Assembly (NCBI GenBank): GCA_027031765.1
Contig: JALVPN010000027.1
Span: forward strand, 1 to 19,450
DNA length: 19,450 bases
Reading direction: 5' to 3'
From: Promethearchaeota archaeon
Lineage (GTDB): Archaea > Asgardarchaeota > Thorarchaeia > Thorarchaeales > Thorarchaeaceae
In this document: positions 15,126-19,450 of the stretch, in pieces
Numbering within the stretch: the first letter of the stretch is position 1
Layout: each line of letters starts with the position of its first letter
Translations under genes and position numbers: made by a program
The notes under the pieces: model-generated
What the model saw: the letters and a program-made list of their open reading frames with translations, nothing else
Told to the model about the DNA's origin: nothing
The model's database searches: none

Positions 15126-17111
15126 ATGGCCTTTGATGTTGTGAGATCAGCTATCACTCAGAAGACCTCGGAGGGTCAACAGTTCGAGCCCCTGAACCGG
15201 CCGTCGAGTATGGGTGGCATCCTAGGCGCAATTGCTGCAGTCATCGGGCTGATTGCAGGTGGCGGTAGGCTGCTCATCCCGACACCGTCCATCGGCCCTG
15301 ATGCCATCCATGATGTCTCCTACTACTTGCCTGCAACACTTTTCCTCGGTCTACTGACACTCTCACTTATCGTGCAGCTCCGGGGTATCCGGAAACTCCG
15401 GACGAAGCTGGCCTCTTCATTCCCACTGATCTCGTACATCCTCGTGCTGGTCGGCATCACGGCTACTGCGTACATGTTCTATGGTGGTACTGTGTACCAA
15501 CTTGAGGGTCGGATCAGGCCGTGGGCAACTGAGATGGTCATGCTCGGGTCGGTCCTCATAGTCTTCTACCAGATGCTGGCGGTGCTGTACCTAGACTCCA
15601 GCAAGAACTGGATTGGCCTTCTGGCTGGTCTGTGCAATGCCCTCCTCGTCCCGGTCGCCATGATTGGCCATGCACTGAACCCAGCACTGGTCTATGTTGC
15701 CTATGTGGTCTTCCTTGTCGGTCAGGTCTTCACAGCGCTCTTCTGGCTCGCACCTGAGTCTGACATCCGTGAGTTCGAGAGGAGCAGTGACATTGCCAAG
15801 TTCGCATTCGGCATTATCGGCGTCCTCACATTCGTAGTTGGTGCCGTCGCCACTTTTGTCGGCCCCATCGCAGTGGAGGAGGGCGTCGCTGTCTGGATGC
15901 CTTGGAGCACGATGGTCTCCCCATCGGAGTACCTGACCAACCCCGCCCTCGTATGTGCCTTCTGTGCTATGTTGATGGTCTGGACGACCGCCATACCAAG
16001 GATGGGTGCCAAGGAGCTGCGCATCGACCATGTGCGGAAGGACATAATCAAGGGCGGTACCAGATGGTTCATGATGCTGCTCGCAGGACTTGGCGTCTTC
16101 GTCGCCGGGATTGCCGGGTCCGGCAACCCTGATGTGGCTGCAAGTGCGTCGTTCTGGATGTCATCCCTACCGGGCTCGGTGATAATCCTTGCGGGCGCCC
16201 TCTACGTGAGCAGGTCCGACGTGATAACGGGCATGCCTCTCCTTGTGGCTGGCGTGCTGCTCACGGTGCACCCCTCTGTGCTCCCGTTCCTCGTCATATG
16301 TACGTGGGCGGCGCTCCTCGTAGCGCAGATTCTACTCCTGATAGAGACCAAGGTCCGCGGCTTTGCGAGCTTCTCTCAGGGCTTCCTCACCATGATACTG
16401 CTCTTTGGCAGCTCCGCCCTCTTCCTGATGTTCCTGCTGGGTGGGTTCGGTGAGGGCCCGGCAGCCCTCTGGCCGACCAACAAGTGGTTCAACATCGGCA
16501 TGTTCCCTGACATCCCGGTCGCGGCTCAGATCGGCACAGTACTCGCACTACCGACGCTTGTGCTCCTCCTGCGGAACATGGCGGTTGCAGGTCTGGCCCA
16601 CCTACGGCATCACTCTAGTGATGCGCTCTTGGGGATGAGCTTCATCTTCGCATTCTTCGTGCCGCTCATTGCCGGCAGCGATGTGGTCTCGCACCAGGCC
16701 AACATCGCGGCTGCTGTACTGATTGCTCTCTACACGATCAGCTTTGTCCTCGTCCTCTCAATCAACCTCAACCTAGCAGGCGATGTCGAGGACCAGGGCT
16801 ACGCATTCGAGGGTACCTTCATACGCATGACCACCATCGTGGGCATGATATCAGGGATGATAGTCGTGTTCGTCGTGCTCACCACCTTTGCGGCTGTCGG
16901 CACAACACCCACTGACATTGCAAGGGTCATCACACTACTCGTGGTCTTTGTGGTGGGCCTTGAGATCATCTGCGACATCGGTTGGTTCCTTGCAAGCGTC
17001 CGCCTTGGAATATTCAGGCAGGGCTTCAAGTTCATGACCGTAGCAGAAGCCCAGGCCAGTGTCCCGGTCAAGGAGCAGGCCCTTGACCTACCCGTAGCAA
17101 GGCGTCCATGA
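15126..17111 (+). CDS. Large polytopic membrane protein of unknown function (661 aa, roughly 16-18 predicted TM helices)
   Basis: Long ORF almost entirely made of hydrophobic 20-aa segments with short loops; no family motif recognised. ATG 15126 is preferred over GTG 15114. Confidence 0.8.
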   Translation: MAFDVVRSAITQKTSEGQQFEPLNRPSSMGGILGAIAAVIGLIAGGGRLLIPTPSIGPDAIHDVSYYLPATLFLGLLTLSLIVQLRGIRKLRTKLASSFPLISYILVLVGITATAYMFYGGTVYQLEGRIRPWATEMVMLGSVLIVFYQMLAVLYLDSSKNWIGLLAGLCNALLVPVAMIGHALNPALVYVAYVVFLVGQVFTALFWLAPESDIREFERSSDIAKFAFGIIGVLTFVVGAVATFVGPIAVEEGVAVWMPWSTMVSPSEYLTNPALVCAFCAMLMVWTTAIPRMGAKELRIDHVRKDIIKGGTRWFMMLLAGLGVFVAGIAGSGNPDVAASASFWMSSLPGSVIILAGALYVSRSDVITGMPLLVAGVLLTVHPSVLPFLVICTWAALLVAQILLLIETKVRGFASFSQGFLTMILLFGSSALFLMFLLGGFGEGPAALWPTNKWFNIGMFPDIPVAAQIGTVLALPTLVLLLRNMAVAGLAHLRHHSSDALLGMSFIFAFFVPLIAGSDVVSHQANIAAAVLIALYTISFVLVLSINLNLAGDVEDQGYAFEGTFIRMTTIVGMISGMIVVFVVLTTFAAVGTTPTDIARVITLLVVFVVGLEIICDIGWFLASVRLGIFRQGFKFMTVAEAQASVPVKEQALDLPVARRP

Positions 17112-17112
17112 G

Positions 17113-17895
17113 GTGCTACTCGCGTTGGCGTCCTCTGTGGACGGCGTTGAGCGCCGCTTGCAGAGTGCCAGCGCAAGTGCCCTCCTCATCCACGGCCTCT
17201 TTGCCGATGTTGACCAGATGGCACCACTACAGTCATATCTTGCAGACCGTGCCGTGGAGAGCTTTTCCGTCCGTCTGCCAGGTCATGGCACGACCCCAGA
17301 GGACCTTGCCGCGTCCACCCGGGCCGACTGGTACAAGGCAGTCCTTGTGGGCTACCGCCACGTCGTTTCGTGGGGCACACGCCCTGTGGTCATAATGGGC
17401 CTCTCAATGGGCGGGGCCCTTGCCCTCCTGCTTGCTGCACGTGAAAGCCCTGTTGATGGTGTTGTGGCCCTGTCGCCTGCCGTGTTCTTTGAGAACCCTG
17501 CTGCAAGGCTCGTGCCGCTGCTCAAACACGTGGTCAAGTACCGGCAAATCGACCTGTCCTACATCCCCGAGATGTACGAGATCCCATACTCGCGCTACGC
17601 CCGCGAGCCACTGTCCGCAGTACATGAGTTCATACGGCTGACCGAGCAGGTACAACGCGAGCTGGTCAATGTGATGGCGCCTGCCCTGATTGTCCAGTCA
17701 GGTGCGGACAAGACCGTGAGCCCGACGAATGGGAGACGCGTATACGAGACAATATCTTCCGAGGCAAAGACACTCCACGTGGTCGAGGGGGCCGAGCACG
17801 TGATCACATGCCACCGCAGTCGGGGTGAGGCGTTCGCGCTGATTGGTGACTTCGTTGATGGTCTCGTGGGTGGCGTTTCGGGTGGGGCATCATAG
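17113..17895 (+). CDS. Alpha/beta-hydrolase (carboxylesterase/monoacylglycerol lipase-like)
   Basis: LLIHGL oxyanion motif, RLPGHGT, nucleophile GLSMGG, Asp in SGADKTV, His in GAEHV. The start may instead be TTG 17125, 9 nt after GAGGTG. Confidence 0.9.
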   Translation: MLLALASSVDGVERRLQSASASALLIHGLFADVDQMAPLQSYLADRAVESFSVRLPGHGTTPEDLAASTRADWYKAVLVGYRHVVSWGTRPVVIMGLSMGGALALLLAARESPVDGVVALSPAVFFENPAARLVPLLKHVVKYRQIDLSYIPEMYEIPYSRYAREPLSAVHEFIRLTEQVQRELVNVMAPALIVQSGADKTVSPTNGRRVYETISSEAKTLHVVEGAEHVITCHRSRGEAFALIGDFVDGLVGGVSGGAS

Positions 17896-18642
17896 CCGGG
17901 CCGCATCATCTCGACTCCCCGGTGGCCAGATCTCGTCTACGACTCTGCGGGCCAGTGCGCAGTCGTCTGTGATTATCCCATCAACTCCCATCTCGCAGGC
18001 CTGTCGGATGTCGTGCTCCTCATTTACCACCCATGCATAGACCTCAAGGTCCGAAGAGTGCAGCATGGACACATGTCCCCTCTCCAGTGTTGCGAACTCG
18101 GGGATGACAGTTGTTACTTCATAGTCGTGAGCATACTCGCACACATCGTCTATCAGTCTCATGAACACGAGGGCCGTGCGGACAGTGGCGCTCCACCGTC
18201 TTACCTCTCGTAGGCACATGTGGTGAAAAGACGACACGATGACGCTCTGCTCCATCGACCTCGCAGAAACCATCCTCATGACGTCTCTCTCTATGTCCGG
18301 TACCTTGAGCTCTATGTCCACCCCGATGGATGCACTCCTGGCCTGGTCGAGTGCCTCTTCGAGCAGCGGGATGCGTTCTCCGTCACCCGCATCCAGAGTG
18401 CGGAGCTCAGCGAGTCCCATGTCTGCAACGTAGCCCTTGCCGCTGGTCGTCCTGCTAAGAGTGTAGTCGTGGATACACACGAGGTGGCCGTCTGCGGTCT
18501 CGTGGACATCCAGCTCGACCATGTCAGCGCCGAGCCTGATAGCGTTCCAGTACGAGCGGAGAGTGTTCTCAGGTGCAACTCTCGGAGCACCCCGGTGGCC
18601 GACGACTAGGGGCCCGTGCAAGGGCCCGGCCTCCGTACTCAC
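17890..18642 (-). CDS. Glycerophosphodiester phosphodiesterase (GDPD; GlpQ/UgpQ family), 250 aa
   Basis: VVGHRGA...PENT, ADMVELDVH, DGHLVCIHD.TL.RTT, DIELK, SSF, AWVVN, GVDGIITDD. The start is set at GTG 18642, which overlaps the upstream stop (GTGA). Confidence 0.92.
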   Translation of the reverse strand: MSTEAGPLHGPLVVGHRGAPRVAPENTLRSYWNAIRLGADMVELDVHETADGHLVCIHDYTLSRTTSGKGYVADMGLAELRTLDAGDGERIPLLEEALDQARSASIGVDIELKVPDIERDVMRMVSARSMEQSVIVSSFHHMCLREVRRWSATVRTALVFMRLIDDVCEYAHDYEVTTVIPEFATLERGHVSMLHSSDLEVYAWVVNEEHDIRQACEMGVDGIITDDCALARRVVDEIWPPGSRDDAARL

Positions 18643-18950
18643 TCCCCAGCGTCCTCCGGTCTTGCCAGCCCGCTCCCACCACACCTCGGACATGGTTCAA
18701 TGGAGCCGTCAGGTGTGGCACGGATTCGCCCGCTACCATTGCAGTAGTAGCACACGTCACTTGGTGTGTCAAGTCCGCGGCCAATGTCATTGGCAATGGC
18801 CCAGCCACTCCCCACAAGAATAGCGCCCACGAACATTGTCAGGAGCGCCAGCACATAGAGGTCGGGTAGCGGGAGCACACAGAAGAGTCCCACCAAGAAG
18901 AGGATGGCCCCTATGACTGCAAGGAAGTAGCCTATCTGTTCCTTCTCCAT
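18639..18950 (-). CDS. Two-TM membrane protein with a C-terminal DnaJ-type zinc finger, 103 aa
   Basis: MEKEQIGYFLAVIGAILFLVGLFCVL...YVLALLTMFVGAILVGSGWAIA (2 TM), then CYYCNGSG...CPRCGGSG (two CxxCxGxG motifs). Confidence 0.8.
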   Translation of the reverse strand: MEKEQIGYFLAVIGAILFLVGLFCVLPLPDLYVLALLTMFVGAILVGSGWAIANDIGRGLDTPSDVCYYCNGSGRIRATPDGSIEPCPRCGGSGLARPEDAGE

Positions 18951-19198
18951 GCTTCTCACTACGGCCGCCGGGATGCCTGTTGCCTTCATAATTGTTTTGC
19001 ATGACCTGTACGGTGCACGGCCCCGTATGGTGACATGTGCTCACAAGACACACAATCTTGTGTCCACATGATCCCTGATAGCCAGTGCACACCGCCCCGC
19101 TCTCCTAGGACAACAGATAATAGATATGCGCGGACTCAACATGACAAGTACCGACGGTGTTGTATCCTATGTCCAAGACAGATCTGTTCACGAGGTAC

Positions 19199-19450
19199 TC
19201 ACAACTGTACATGCGGCGCCGCGTGAGAGAAATAGTACCAGAGGGGGCATTTGTGCGTCAGCTCGTTGACGTCCCGCACCAGGACCTTGATGTGGGCGTC
19301 TTCTTCAAGGGGCCACAGGATGTCCCGAGACAGGTGTACCTCGGCAACCCGGTGCCCTTCGAAGTCGCTGAGGAGGAAGGCATTGTGTCCGTCGGCTCGC
19401 AGAGCTACTTTGTACGGACGGTCATCAGTGATTTCAAGGGGCTCGAGTAC
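19199..19450 (-). CDS. C-terminal 83 aa of a hypothetical protein (partial; begins past the right edge)
   Basis: Open minus frame VLEPLEITDDRPYKVALRADGHNAFLLSDFEGHRVAEVHLSRDILWPLEEDAHIKVLVRDVNELTHKCPLWYYFSHAAPHVQL*, with codon usage like the neighbouring genes. Confidence 0.65.
   Translation of the reverse strand, partial: VLEPLEITDDRPYKVALRADGHNAFLLSDFEGHRVAEVHLSRDILWPLEEDAHIKVLVRDVNELTHKCPLWYYFSHAAPHVQL

Noticed and set aside
18960-19198. Short ORFs in the AT-richer intergenic region (18787..19092 -, 19035..19226 +)
   Set aside because: No motifs, atypical composition, and overlap with better-supported genes; likely a promoter region.

Overview
A gene-dense, GC-rich archaeal window. The longin-like proteins, the Asgard-style Ig-like repeats (PP-I-S-P-D-I-Y-E-G-S-G-x-I-W), stand-alone mtd and a tungsten AOR-family gene point to an Asgard archaeon, probably Thorarchaeia; this is an inference. 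The window holds about 18 CDS. Surface proteins: an N-glycosylated Ig-repeat protein (runs off the left edge, missed by the ORF track) and an 8-repeat FG-GAP/PQQ-like propeller protein. Signalling-type proteins: a longin-like/TackOD1-like zinc-ribbon protein and an MFS-HhH fusion. Metabolic and other genes: mtd, a GNAT, aor with a small MobB-C-like partner, a large polytopic membrane protein, an esterase, a GDPD and a 2-TM DnaJ-type zinc-finger protein. The most notable element is a co-oriented cluster at 7267-11493: two paralogous longin + winged-helix proteins with an NPRL2/NPRL3 (GATOR1)-like architecture, one carrying an extra roadblock-like insert, followed by an ADP-ribosylglycohydrolase and a variant MinD-family ATPase. 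Directly upstream on the opposite strand is a ~110-nt candidate structured RNA with its own TATA-like promoter. No CRISPR array, tRNA, rRNA or mobile element was recognised. All family calls come from reading motifs by eye; no searches were run.
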